Positions 36,759 to 45,481 of a stretch of DNA of 64,000 bases are shown one piece after another. A program made the translations under genes and the position numbers. Each line of letters opens with the position of its first letter. Position 1 is the first letter of the stretch. The stretch is from Candidatus Binatia bacterium (lineage in GTDB: Bacteria; Desulfobacterota; Binatia; HRBIN30): contig JAOAHD010000007.1 of NCBI GenBank assembly GCA_026415395.1, forward strand, positions 855,972-919,971. The letters run 5' to 3'. The notes beneath the pieces were generated by a model. That model saw only the letters and a list, made by a program, of their open reading frames with translations, was not told where the DNA came from and searched no databases.

Positions 36759-38186
36759 TTGCCCAGGCGAGCGGAGGACGCCGCGGTGTGCTGGCCACGA
36801 TCCATCCTCGGAGACGGATTCTTTGCTTTGGTGCGGTGCTCAGTCGCCTCACGGTTGACAAGGGAGAACTCGGTTCGTGACATTGCGAGCAGCACCTGCC
36901 TCGGAGGCAACGATCAATGCCAGCCTAGACAATTGGTGCGGGAGTCCATCAAAGAGGTCTTCGCTGTGTACCAGGCGGGGGACGTGCCGGTCGATGGCTT
37001 CCCGGTGTTCGCCGTGGCGGCATATATCGCTATGGCAGCCTGGCCCTTAATTGTGTTTTTTGGGTCAGACCGAGAGCGCAAAGTGTACGGGCTGCTTGCC
37101 TGCACGGTCGCGCTCGGGGCCAGCTTGTGGCGCTTCGGGCAGACGCCACCTGGGGTCTGCTGCATGGACACAAACGAGAACATGCTGATTTTTTACAACA
37201 CCGGGCGTTTTCATTGGTCGTTTCTATTCTTGGAGAGTCGCGCACCCATGGGGCAAGGTTTCGATTTTCTACCAGTGTATGTGTTTAACCGAGTGTTCCG
37301 GAACTTTTATGGTGAGCGTGTTGTTGGGCTCATCTTTCATCTGCTGATCGTCCTTGGGGCGAGTGCGTTGCTTCCGCGTCGTGGCTTGCTAACAGGGCTC
37401 GCTCTCATTGCGTGCGCCCCAAGCCTTTTGTGGGCTTCGCGCCACATGCAAGGGGCTCCGCTGCTGTTGGGAAAGCTTGGTCTGATCGGCTGCCTACAGG
37501 TCCTTCGGGAGCGCTGGAATTGGAAGGCTGCCCTCGGTGCTCTGGGTTGCCTCAGTTACTTGTCGTGGGGATATTTGCCCATGCGAATCACGTACGTGTT
37601 TCCCGTGCTCTGGTTGTGGCAGCGGCCCAGGGCGCTTCTGATGATTTACCTCCTTTTCAGTGTGCCCCTTTTCCTTACGCTCGTTGCTTTACGAAAATAC
37701 GTCCAGCAGCCCGTTGAGTGGAGGCTTCTGCCGAGACACCTGACCACTGGGAGCTATCGGATTCCGGCGCTAGGCGACGTGAGCCTGAGCCTCCGGTCGC
37801 TTGTCGACCCGCGAGGCGGGGTCAAAACAACCGCCTCGCATGAAGGTGTCCAGGCCCTCCCCTTAACCGCAGTTCCGTTTGTTCTCTGGGGGGCGATGAA
37901 GGGGCCGTTTGGCATTGCCGCTTTGGCCGCGACGACGCCGGATATCTTCTCGGAAGGAGCGGCCGGCCGGAGTCACCGAATGATGGTGAACGTTTTGCCA
38001 CTGGCTTTTGCGGCCGCTCAGGCGCCGAGTCATCCAGTACTCGGGCTCTTGGTCGCTGCGGAAGGAATCGGTCGTTGGGTATGGATCAGTTTGTACACCA
38101 GACCGTTGTTGTGGTGCTGGCACAATGGCTACGTCGGGTTGAATCCTTGTGAACACGTAGAGCCTCGGCCAGTCTACTGCAGGTAA
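36759..38186 (+). CDS. hypothetical polytopic membrane protein (possibly GT-C-fold glycosyltransferase-like; unverified)
   Basis: The 475-aa ORF has at least 9 hydrophobic helices. The start is uncertain: the first TM begins around residue 80, and an alternative Met lies at 37032. Confidence 0.5.
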   Translation: MPRRAEDAAVCWPRSILGDGFFALVRCSVASRLTRENSVRDIASSTCLGGNDQCQPRQLVRESIKEVFAVYQAGDVPVDGFPVFAVAAYIAMAAWPLIVFFGSDRERKVYGLLACTVALGASLWRFGQTPPGVCCMDTNENMLIFYNTGRFHWSFLFLESRAPMGQGFDFLPVYVFNRVFRNFYGERVVGLIFHLLIVLGASALLPRRGLLTGLALIACAPSLLWASRHMQGAPLLLGKLGLIGCLQVLRERWNWKAALGALGCLSYLSWGYLPMRITYVFPVLWLWQRPRALLMIYLLFSVPLFLTLVALRKYVQQPVEWRLLPRHLTTGSYRIPALGDVSLSLRSLVDPRGGVKTTASHEGVQALPLTAVPFVLWGAMKGPFGIAALAATTPDIFSEGAAGRSHRMMVNVLPLAFAAAQAPSHPVLGLLVAAEGIGRWVWISLYTRPLLWCWHNGYVGLNPCEHVEPRPVYCR

Positions 38187-38339
38187 CTGGAGAAGGTAGA
38201 CGCCCGTCGCTGGGGCGAGGCCGACATTGGCCGTCCGGGAGTTCCGCTCCCGTGGAGAGCGGGTCTCGTTGGTCGGGCCGACACACCGTGATGACATTGA
38301 CCCATTTCGGCGCGCTGGTGCCGTGGTAAGGTGTGTCCT

Positions 38340-39437
38340 ATGACGCGACGAGAGAGGGTGCAGGTCGGGGTGAGCTTGCTCGCGGGGGCGGTGTTTTTGT
38401 TGCTGGCGTTTCGCAATGTTTCGCTCGGTGAGTTGGGGCAGGCGCTCGGCCGCTTCCATTGGCCATGGTTGATTCCCGCGCTCGGCGTGAGCTTGCTGCT
38501 CATGGTGCTGCGCACGTGGCGGTGGCAGCTCGAGCTCCGGCCGCTGGAGCGCGTTCCCTTCGGCCGGCTTTGGGCCGTAACCTCGGTGGCCTATTCGGCA
38601 ATCAATCTGATCCCCGCGCGGCTGGGTGAGGTGGTGCGGCCGTGGCTCGTTGCGCAGTTCTCGAACGTACGCATGTCCCAAGCAGTGGGCAGTTTAGTCG
38701 TTGAAAAGCTCATGGATTCGTTTTGCATCCTTGCGTACACCTTGGCTGCGCTGCTGCTCAGCGAGCAACTTCCCGACTGGGCCCGTCGCGGCGCGGTGGT
38801 CCCAGCGGTTGTGACGGTGGTGTTCGCTGTTTTGGTCGCGCTCGCCTATACGAAGGGAGAGCAGTTCGTTACCCGGCGTGTGGCGTTGGCGTTGCCGGAG
38901 CGGGTGGGCGAGGGCTTGAGTCGGGTGGTCCGCGCGGTGCTGGAGGGCATGCGGGTGCTGCCCGACACTCGGCTTTTGGCGCAAGTGTTTGTCTTGTCTT
39001 TGCTGCTCTGGTTTTTGCCGATTTTGTCGAGCTGGATCGTGCTGAAGGGATTCGGCTTCCCGGTGCCGTTCTCGGCGGCGTTGTTGGTGTTCCTCTTTAT
39101 CGGCCTGGCAACGGCGATTCCGAATCCGCCTGCCATGGTGGGAACCTTTCAGTATGCTTGTGTCTTGGCCTTGGGCATTTACGGCATCGAAGAAAATGCT
39201 GGGCTGGCATTCGGGCTGTTGTTGAACGCTTTGCAAGTCCTCACCATTGTTGCGCAAGGGATTGTGGGAGCGATGGTGCTGGGCTTACGCTGGGCTGACA
39301 TCCGCCGCGCCGGGCGAGTCGTGAGGCACGGGGAAGTGGACAAAAGGCTAGAGCTGCCTGCGCCGGTGATAGAGGTCTCGCTGGAGCCAGTCGATCCAGA
39401 GCGGTGCCGTGGAGTAGAGAGGCACGAGCAGAAATAG
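38340..39437 (+). CDS. flippase-like protein, lysylphosphatidylglycerol-synthase transmembrane-domain family (UPF0104 / LPG_synthase_TM)
   Basis: It starts with MTRRERVQVGVSLLAGAVFLLLAF and has about 8 TM helices with charged loops in the usual family pattern (LRTWRWQ..., RLGEVVRPWL). The ATG at 38340 has a GG-rich RBS. Confidence 0.7.
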   Translation: MTRRERVQVGVSLLAGAVFLLLAFRNVSLGELGQALGRFHWPWLIPALGVSLLLMVLRTWRWQLELRPLERVPFGRLWAVTSVAYSAINLIPARLGEVVRPWLVAQFSNVRMSQAVGSLVVEKLMDSFCILAYTLAALLLSEQLPDWARRGAVVPAVVTVVFAVLVALAYTKGEQFVTRRVALALPERVGEGLSRVVRAVLEGMRVLPDTRLLAQVFVLSLLLWFLPILSSWIVLKGFGFPVPFSAALLVFLFIGLATAIPNPPAMVGTFQYACVLALGIYGIEENAGLAFGLLLNALQVLTIVAQGIVGAMVLGLRWADIRRAGRVVRHGEVDKRLELPAPVIEVSLEPVDPERCRGVERHEQK

Positions 39438-39938
39438 TGAGTGCACGAACGCGTCAGGGAGCCAGCGGAGCCCAAGGGAGAAGTTGCCAATTAAAGCACC
39501 CAAGAGCACGTAATTGGCCACGCCGCCCCAATGCCCAATGCGGTTGCTCATCCTGTGTTGCTCATCAGCCTCGGCCCCGCCGCGGGAGCGAACGACGTAA
39601 GCGCTAAATGCGCAGAGGATGCTTGCCGGCACCCACCAAGGAACAAGACCGAGAAGCACGTACGCAACAAAAGCGCAGGTGAGGAAGGCAATGTCGGCCC
39701 CATGATCGAGCCATCGTCCGTAGGTGCGACCCACGGGGTTGCGACGCGCCCAGCGGCCGTCGGCGATGTCGCTCCATGCGGCAAAGGCAAACAAAGCTGC
39801 CGTGGCGAAACTGGCCGCGCGCGAGCCGCGCTCTGCTTGCCAGACGCACCAAGCGAAGAGGGGCCCAGCGAACACCCGGCCGAGCGTGAGGACGTCGGCA
39901 GCGATGGGTTGCCCAGACAGTTGGGTCACATTCGTCAA
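39348..39938 (-). CDS. CDP-alcohol phosphatidyltransferase-family protein (PgsA-like)
   Basis: The family signature DIADGRWARR...GRWLDHGADIAF (DxxDGxxAR...GxxxDxxxD) is present. The protein is 196 aa and all membrane. Confidence 0.8.
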   Translation of the reverse strand: MTNVTQLSGQPIAADVLTLGRVFAGPLFAWCVWQAERGSRAASFATAALFAFAAWSDIADGRWARRNPVGRTYGRWLDHGADIAFLTCAFVAYVLLGLVPWWVPASILCAFSAYVVRSRGGAEADEQHRMSNRIGHWGGVANYVLLGALIGNFSLGLRWLPDAFVHSLFLLVPLYSTAPLWIDWLQRDLYHRRRQL

Positions 39939-40453
39939 CTACCTTGCCGCAGGAGGGATCGAACTTCGCCGGTCTCCCGCAGGAGCTCGTTCATCGTGAC
40001 GATCCAAGGGCGCGCGGGTGCGCTCGTGGATCGATGGTCTTCATCGCTTCCGGTGTCGGCCTGTTGTTCCGTGGGGTTCTGCCCATCACGCACAGCGGTG
40101 AGAAAATTCTTGTGGCGTTCGAGCAGCGCACCAAACTTCCGTAAGGAAGCCCGGGGAGCGCCTCCCTCTTGACTGTGGAGAAACTGCTCAGCTTCTTGAA
40201 TTTCGCGACTATAGCGCTCGAGCGCTTCGTTTACGTCGCCCTTTTCCTCCACGGCTCGTAAGAGATCCACGGCCGCGGTGGTCACCCGACCCAAGTGCTG
40301 CTCGGCGCGTGCCGCGTAGGATCGGTCGGAGCACCCAGAACTGCCGAACGTCAGGATGACACTGAGGACCGCGCACCACGGGCCCCTGGCCCGCCACGGC
40401 GGCCTAGCCGCTGTACATTTGCTCGATGAGGCTAGCGTATTTCTCATGCACAA
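39935..40453 (-). CDS. hypothetical lipoprotein
   Basis: The signal/lipobox-like N-terminus ends ...AVLSVILTFGSSGC. The mature part is hydrophilic. Its stop overlaps the start of the CDP-alcohol transferase gene by 4 bp. The start is uncertain (M at 40453 or 40447). Confidence 0.45.
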   Translation of the reverse strand: MCMRNTLASSSKCTAARPPWRARGPWCAVLSVILTFGSSGCSDRSYAARAEQHLGRVTTAAVDLLRAVEEKGDVNEALERYSREIQEAEQFLHSQEGGAPRASLRKFGALLERHKNFLTAVRDGQNPTEQQADTGSDEDHRSTSAPARPWIVTMNELLRETGEVRSLLRQGS

Positions 40454-42227
40454 CTCGCCGCTTCATTTTCATCGTCGGGGTGAGTTCGCCGGAGTCCACC
40501 GTCCACTCCTGCGGCACGATGGTGAACTTCTTGATGCGTTCCACCTGGCTGAGACTTTGGTTCACTTCGTCGATGTACCCCTGCACGACGCTTTGCACCT
40601 TCGGATGCTGAGCGAGCACGCTCAAGTCGGCTGGCAGATCATTTTGCTGGGCCCAGGCGAGGGTGGTCTCGGGATCGAGGACAATGAGTGCGGACACAAA
40701 CGGCCGCCGGTCACCAATCACGCACGCTTGCCCGATCAGCGGCTTCTGCTTGAGCATGTTTTCGATATTGGACGGTGCGATGTTCTTACCGCCCGCAGTG
40801 ATGATGATTTCCTTTTTCCGGTCGACGATGCGGATGTAACCTTGCTCGTCGATCGTGGCGATGTCACCGGAGTGCAGCCACCCGTCCTCATCGAAGGTTT
40901 GCCGGGTGAGCTCCGGATCTTTGTAGTAGCCCGCAGTTACGTTGCCACCGCGCACGAGGAGTTCCCCGTCGTCGGCAAGTTTGACCTCGACTCCCGGTAT
41001 CGCCTGGCCCACAGTGCCGATCTTGATGGCGCCAGGACGGTTCCAAGAGGTCGGACCCGTATCCTCCGACTGGCCGTACACTTCCGCAATCGGCACACCG
41101 ATCGCGCAAAACCACTCAATCAGTTCCGGGGCAATCGGAGCTGCCCCGCTACTGGCAATCTTGATTGCGTCGAGCCCGACGCGCTCGCGGATCATGGCGG
41201 TGATGAAGGCGGTGTTTTGCACCTGCTCGGCCAATTCGGCAGGGACCGGTTCGCCTTTCTGTTCGAGGCGAATTTTCTGCAGGTTTACTTCGATGGCGTG
41301 CTTGACCATCGACCGCTGCGGCTCGTCGAGCTTCTCAATGGCAGCAACGAGTCCCGCGTGCAGTTTCTCCCAGATCCGTGGGACTGCAAAAAAGAACTCC
41401 GGGCGGACTTCACGCAAGTACTCAGCAATTTGTTGGGGGTTCGGGCAGAAGTAGCAGGTGGAGGCGCTTTTCAGGTGCAGGTAATAGCCAGCCATGCGCT
41501 CCGCGATGTGCGCCAATGGCAAGTAGGAAATGTGGCGCATGCCCGGGGTACGGGGGAACAGCCGGTCGAGGGACTCAGCCGTCCAACATACATTATAGTG
41601 CGTCACCATCACGCCTTTGGGGGGACCGGTTGTACCCGAGGTGTAGATCAAGGTTGCGAGGTGCTCGGGTTTCACTGCTTTCGCGCGCGTCTCGACCTCG
41701 GCGAGCGTTTGGGAGTCCGCACGTGCCTCTAGTTGGGAGAGCGTGACCACACCAGCTTCGCCCGCCAAACTCTCCCCCTGGTCGATCACCACAATGTGCC
41801 GGAGCTTGGGAAGCTGGGAGCGGATGCACGCCACCTTGCGGTACACGTCCGGATTCTCCGCCACAAAGACCACGGCCTCGCAGTGGTTGAGGATGTACTC
41901 GATTTGTGGAGGAGCGAGCGTGCTGTAGACCGTGACCGGAATCGTCCCGGCATGCAGGGCGGCAAGATCGATCAAGTAATGCTCCGGGCGATTGGAAGCC
42001 AAGATGCCGAGAAATTCTCCGGGCTTGACCCCCAGTTTGATCAGGCCCGCAGCGAGTGCACGCACACGCTTGCCGTAGTCGCGCCAGTTGAGAGCATGCC
42101 AAGCCCCGTCTGCCTTCCACTTGAGAGCGTCGAGCTCCGGGTAGCTCTCCACGGCGTTCTGAAATAACGTGCAGACGGTTTGTCCTGCGACTTTCCGGTC
42201 GATATCCGCGCGTTCATTAAGGCTCAT
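40404..42227 (-). CDS. long-chain-fatty-acid--CoA ligase (AMP-binding, FadD-like)
   Basis: The AMP-binding motif LIYTSGTTGPPKGVM and downstream blocks YGQSE, HSGDIA...DEQGY...IVDRKKE are present. The protein is 607 aa. Confidence 0.9.
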   Translation of the reverse strand: MSLNERADIDRKVAGQTVCTLFQNAVESYPELDALKWKADGAWHALNWRDYGKRVRALAAGLIKLGVKPGEFLGILASNRPEHYLIDLAALHAGTIPVTVYSTLAPPQIEYILNHCEAVVFVAENPDVYRKVACIRSQLPKLRHIVVIDQGESLAGEAGVVTLSQLEARADSQTLAEVETRAKAVKPEHLATLIYTSGTTGPPKGVMVTHYNVCWTAESLDRLFPRTPGMRHISYLPLAHIAERMAGYYLHLKSASTCYFCPNPQQIAEYLREVRPEFFFAVPRIWEKLHAGLVAAIEKLDEPQRSMVKHAIEVNLQKIRLEQKGEPVPAELAEQVQNTAFITAMIRERVGLDAIKIASSGAAPIAPELIEWFCAIGVPIAEVYGQSEDTGPTSWNRPGAIKIGTVGQAIPGVEVKLADDGELLVRGGNVTAGYYKDPELTRQTFDEDGWLHSGDIATIDEQGYIRIVDRKKEIIITAGGKNIAPSNIENMLKQKPLIGQACVIGDRRPFVSALIVLDPETTLAWAQQNDLPADLSVLAQHPKVQSVVQGYIDEVNQSLSQVERIKKFTIVPQEWTVDSGELTPTMKMKRRVVHEKYASLIEQMYSG

Positions 42228-42897
42228 CCAGACGGTCCCTCCACGTTTTGCGAAAATGTGCGAGGGAACTTAACCGCAAGGGCTTATGGGCGGCAATAGG
42301 TTGGGGGAGGAGGCCGTCTCTTTGCAAGTCCGCCACCACGGTGCCCGCAAGTTCCGCAAGCAAACGTTGATCGGCGTACACCGGGTCTTGCCGTGGGAGG
42401 AGAAGCGAGGGGAGCCAATGCCAAATTGTGATGCGCTCGCGGTACGTGTATGCGTGCTCCCTCCCTTCTACGCTTTCCGCTTGTACAGCGACCTCGAGCG
42501 TAGTTGATTCCCGGAGGGGGATGATGCCGATGCTCATTCCAAAGAGCACAGCGTTGGCGAGCATGGCAGCCGTTGAAGGCGGGGCCCCGCGGTTCAGGCG
42601 GACGGTTAGAGCGAGATGCCTTCCCTCCGTCGCTCCCGGGTCGACTACGATTGCTCCCGCGTCTTGGAGCGCCGTAACAAGGGCGGCACGCAAACGGCCA
42701 TGCTGCGGATCGCGGCGGTGGCCCGCACCGCCCGACTCAAAGGACAACCACACAACCGGACTTGTGCGACTGAGCTGGCCGGGTGTAGGCTGGCGCACTG
42801 CCAACCAACCCGAACGGTGCACGTAACACCCTGAGACGGAGAAAGTCCCGCCGATAAGCAGCACTGCCAGCCACGCGCGTGACCGATGACTCTGCAT
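42217..42897 (-). CDS. hypothetical lipoprotein
   Basis: The ATG at rc 42895-42897 has a GAGGAGGG RBS. The signal is MQSHRSRAWLAVLLIGGTFSVSGC, ending in lipobox SGC. Confidence 0.55.
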   Translation of the reverse strand: MQSHRSRAWLAVLLIGGTFSVSGCYVHRSGWLAVRQPTPGQLSRTSPVVWLSFESGGAGHRRDPQHGRLRAALVTALQDAGAIVVDPGATEGRHLALTVRLNRGAPPSTAAMLANAVLFGMSIGIIPLRESTTLEVAVQAESVEGREHAYTYRERITIWHWLPSLLLPRQDPVYADQRLLAELAGTVVADLQRDGLLPQPIAAHKPLRLSSLAHFRKTWRDRLDEP

Positions 42898-43171
42898 ATG
42901 CCCTCCTCGGCCGTTGTGTGTCTTCAGCTTAAACAATGCGCGGTGGCCGATGGCAAGCAGAGCTTCCAACCTCTCATCCGGCCCGAAGTGGTCGCCGCCG
43001 GGAGATGGTACTCGTGGTCCGCGCCGCTCGGAGCGATCGATCGGGATCGGGGACGGTTGAAGAACACGGGCGTTGTAAGCAGGGCGGGGGTCACGCGACC
43101 AATGATTGCCTCACCCTCGGCGTGAGAGTAAGGTGCGGATGCTCCGTAGAAGACGAGGAGGGAACGAGAAC

Positions 43172-43433
43172 GATGAAGGGCGCAAAGGGTCTGGCGATTG
43201 CGGCTGCCGCAGCGGCGTTGTTTGCTTCCAAAGCTTTAAGTGCGGGAACTCACGAAGGTGCGGCTGAAGCGAAGAAAGTGAAGTGCGAGGGTGTGAACGA
43301 GTGCAAGGGGAAGGGCGAGTGTGGTGGTGCCACCCACGACTGCGCGGGCAAGAACGAGTGCAAGGGTAAAGGCTGGGTGGAAATTTCGGCCGAAGAGTGC
43401 AAGGCCAAGGGTGGCAAGATCAAGCAGGACTGA
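43172..43433 (+). CDS. Sec-signal-peptide, 6-Cys RiPP precursor of the bufferin type (BufA-like; DUF2282 / BUF_6/12Cys-like)
   Basis: The protein is 87 aa: MKGAKGLAIAAAAAALFASKALSA | GTHEGAAEAKKVKCEGVNECKGKGECGGATHDCAGKNECKGKGWVEISAEECKAKGGKIKQD. A signal peptide is followed by a Lys/Gly-rich core with repeated C-x-G-x-N-E-C-K-G-K-G units. A GAGGAGGG RBS sits 10 nt upstream. It lies immediately upstream of the DUF692 and DUF2063 genes. Confidence 0.75.
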
Positions 43434-43466
43434 ACACGTGCTAGCATTCTTGCGGCCGGGGCTGCC

Positions 43467-44321
43467 TTGGGGTTTTTGGGTTTTGGCGTCGGTTTGCGGC
43501 CGAAGCATTATCCGGAAATTCTCGGTCACTGGCCTAAAGTAGATTGGTTCGAGGTGATCACCGAAAATTTCCTGGTCGCGGGCGGCCGCCCGCGGCGGGT
43601 TTTGGAGCAGGTGCGAGCCCACTACCCGCTAGTGCTGCATGGTGTGTCCTTGTCGGTGGGCTCGGCGGATCCGCTGAACTTCGACTACCTCCGACAGGTG
43701 CGCGATCTCGCCAGGCGGATTGAGCCTGAATGGCTTTCGGATCATCTGTGCTGGACAGGCGTCGGCGGTGTGAATCTCCACGATTTACTTCCCTTGCCTT
43801 ACACCGAAGAAAGCTTGCGGCACGTGGTCACTCGCATCCAACAGGTGCAAGACTTCTTGGGGCGGCAAATCTTGCTCGAAAACGTGTCTTCTTACTTGGA
43901 GTTCGCGCATTCGACGATGAGCGAGGCCGAATTTGTGGCCGCGGTGGCCAGCCAAGCGGACTGTGGCATCCTGCTCGATGTGAACAACCTGTACGTCAAC
44001 GCGTTCAATCACGGGTTCGATGCCCTCGAATATCTGTCGGCCTTGCCCGCGAAGCGGGTGCGGCAAATCCATTTGGCCGGGTATGCCGACCGCGGAACGT
44101 TCCTGCACGACACCCACGACCACCCGGTGTGGCCCGCCGTGTGGGATTTGTACCGTGAGGCCATTGCCCGCTTTGGGGCAGTTGCAACGTTGATCGAGTG
44201 GGACGCTGCCTTGCCCCCGCTTGCCACCGTACTGGCTGAGGCGGAGCGAGCGCGGGCGATAGCGCAGGAAGTGTTGGGTCGCGGTGGTCGAGCTCAAGCG
44301 TGTGCAGTGGTTGCTCAGTGA
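43467..44321 (+). CDS. DUF692 / UPF0276 multinuclear non-heme iron oxidase (MNIO; MbnB/BufB-like)
   Basis: The TTG start lies 33 nt after the precursor stop, in the same frame. The family signatures are LGFGVGLRPKHYPEIL, DWFEVITENF and HGVSLSVGS, inside a TIM-barrel-like fold. The protein is 284 aa. Confidence 0.8.
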   Translation: MGFLGFGVGLRPKHYPEILGHWPKVDWFEVITENFLVAGGRPRRVLEQVRAHYPLVLHGVSLSVGSADPLNFDYLRQVRDLARRIEPEWLSDHLCWTGVGGVNLHDLLPLPYTEESLRHVVTRIQQVQDFLGRQILLENVSSYLEFAHSTMSEAEFVAAVASQADCGILLDVNNLYVNAFNHGFDALEYLSALPAKRVRQIHLAGYADRGTFLHDTHDHPVWPAVWDLYREAIARFGAVATLIEWDAALPPLATVLAEAERARAIAQEVLGRGGRAQACAVVAQ

Positions 44322-45111
44322 GCTCATCCGCGCGCCGGAGGGAGTGGCCCCGGCCGTGGCTGGGCTCTCGCCGGACGCGCGAGCCTTATGGGAGGGGCTT
44401 GTGCGGCCCTACGGCCAGCTCGACGCAGTGGCGCGGCTCGACATTTACGCCAACATGTACTTCTTCCGCATCCGCGATGCTGTGGCGGATGATTTCCCGA
44501 CCCTGCGTGCCACGATCGGAGCGGAGCGGTTTCACAACCTCATGACCGACTACTTGCTCGAACACCCCTCACGCTCGTTTACGTTGCGCGATGTCGGTCG
44601 AGCGCTGCCTGCGTTTTTGCGCCAGCACTCGTTGTTGCACGAGTGGCCCTGGCTTGCGGATTTGGCGGAGCTCGAGTGGGCGGTGGTCGAAGCGTTTGAC
44701 GCAGCCGATCGTCCGCCGGCTGGTGAGGCTGAATTGGCGCGGGTTCCGGCTGAAGTATGGGGGCAGTGCACCCTGCTCTGGCACCCCTCGCTGCGCGTCC
44801 TGGCCTGTGGCTACCCGGTGCACCTCCCGTGGCAACGCTGGCAGAACGACGAAGAACCGGGGGAGGTCTCCGCAGCACAGACGTGGCTTCGTATCTGGCG
44901 GCGAGATGAGCGTGTGTTCGTAACTGCGGTGAGCCAGGAAGAGGCCCACATCCTTAAAGAGCAAGAGAGCCTCGGCGCTTTGGCCGAACGGCTAGCGGCG
45001 CAGTGGGGCGAAGAGGCTGTGGCGCAACGACTGGCAACGTGGCTCGCGGAGTGGGTGCAGGCGGGAATTGTTTGTGGCTTAGAGCCGCTCAAGTGTCGAG
45101 CACAAACGTGA
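44284..45111 (+). CDS. DUF2063-family partner protein (MbnC/BufC-like)
   Basis: It overlaps the MNIO gene by 38 nt. The family-typical N-domain reads LDIYANMYFFRIRDAVADDFPTLRATIGAERFHNLMTDYLLEHPSRSFTLRDVGRALPAFL. Confidence 0.75.
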   Translation: MVELKRVQWLLSELIRAPEGVAPAVAGLSPDARALWEGLVRPYGQLDAVARLDIYANMYFFRIRDAVADDFPTLRATIGAERFHNLMTDYLLEHPSRSFTLRDVGRALPAFLRQHSLLHEWPWLADLAELEWAVVEAFDAADRPPAGEAELARVPAEVWGQCTLLWHPSLRVLACGYPVHLPWQRWQNDEEPGEVSAAQTWLRIWRRDERVFVTAVSQEEAHILKEQESLGALAERLAAQWGEEAVAQRLATWLAEWVQAGIVCGLEPLKCRAQT

Positions 45112-45289
45112 GATTCATCGAGACGCGGTACTCTTTGATCTTGTTCTTCTCGATCTTTGCCTGAATCCGGGTAACCTCGGCGGCAGTGACTCCGCGCAGG
45201 GTTTTCGTTGCGCGCTTGACGCCTTCTTCAATAGCCTTTTCGATTGTTTTGGCCGAAGCCACAATTTCCGTCACCCGTGCCGTTGCCAT
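45089..45289 (-). CDS. dodecin (flavin-binding)
   Basis: The protein is 66 aa: MATARVTEIVASAKTIEKAIEEGVKRATKTLRGVTAAEVTRIQAKIEKNKIKEYRVSMNLTFVLD. An AAAGGAGGAG RBS lies directly upstream. The track ORF is extended upstream to 45388. Confidence 0.85.
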   Translation of the reverse strand: MATARVTEIVASAKTIEKAIEEGVKRATKTLRGVTAAEVTRIQAKIEKNKIKEYRVSMNLTFVLDT

Positions 45290-45481
45290 CGCCGCTCCTC
45301 CTTTTTGTGCTACGCGGTCGCATGCTATCCCGGCGTCGGCCAGCGTGACAAGGGCGTTTGCGCCGAGGGTCTGCGGTCGCTTTGGCACGAGCGGTCAGCT
45401 CTACTTGACCGACGTGTGCAACCATGAACAATGCGGGCGCAGTCGCGAGAGCAACATCTTAAATGGAGGATGCGCGAACTA

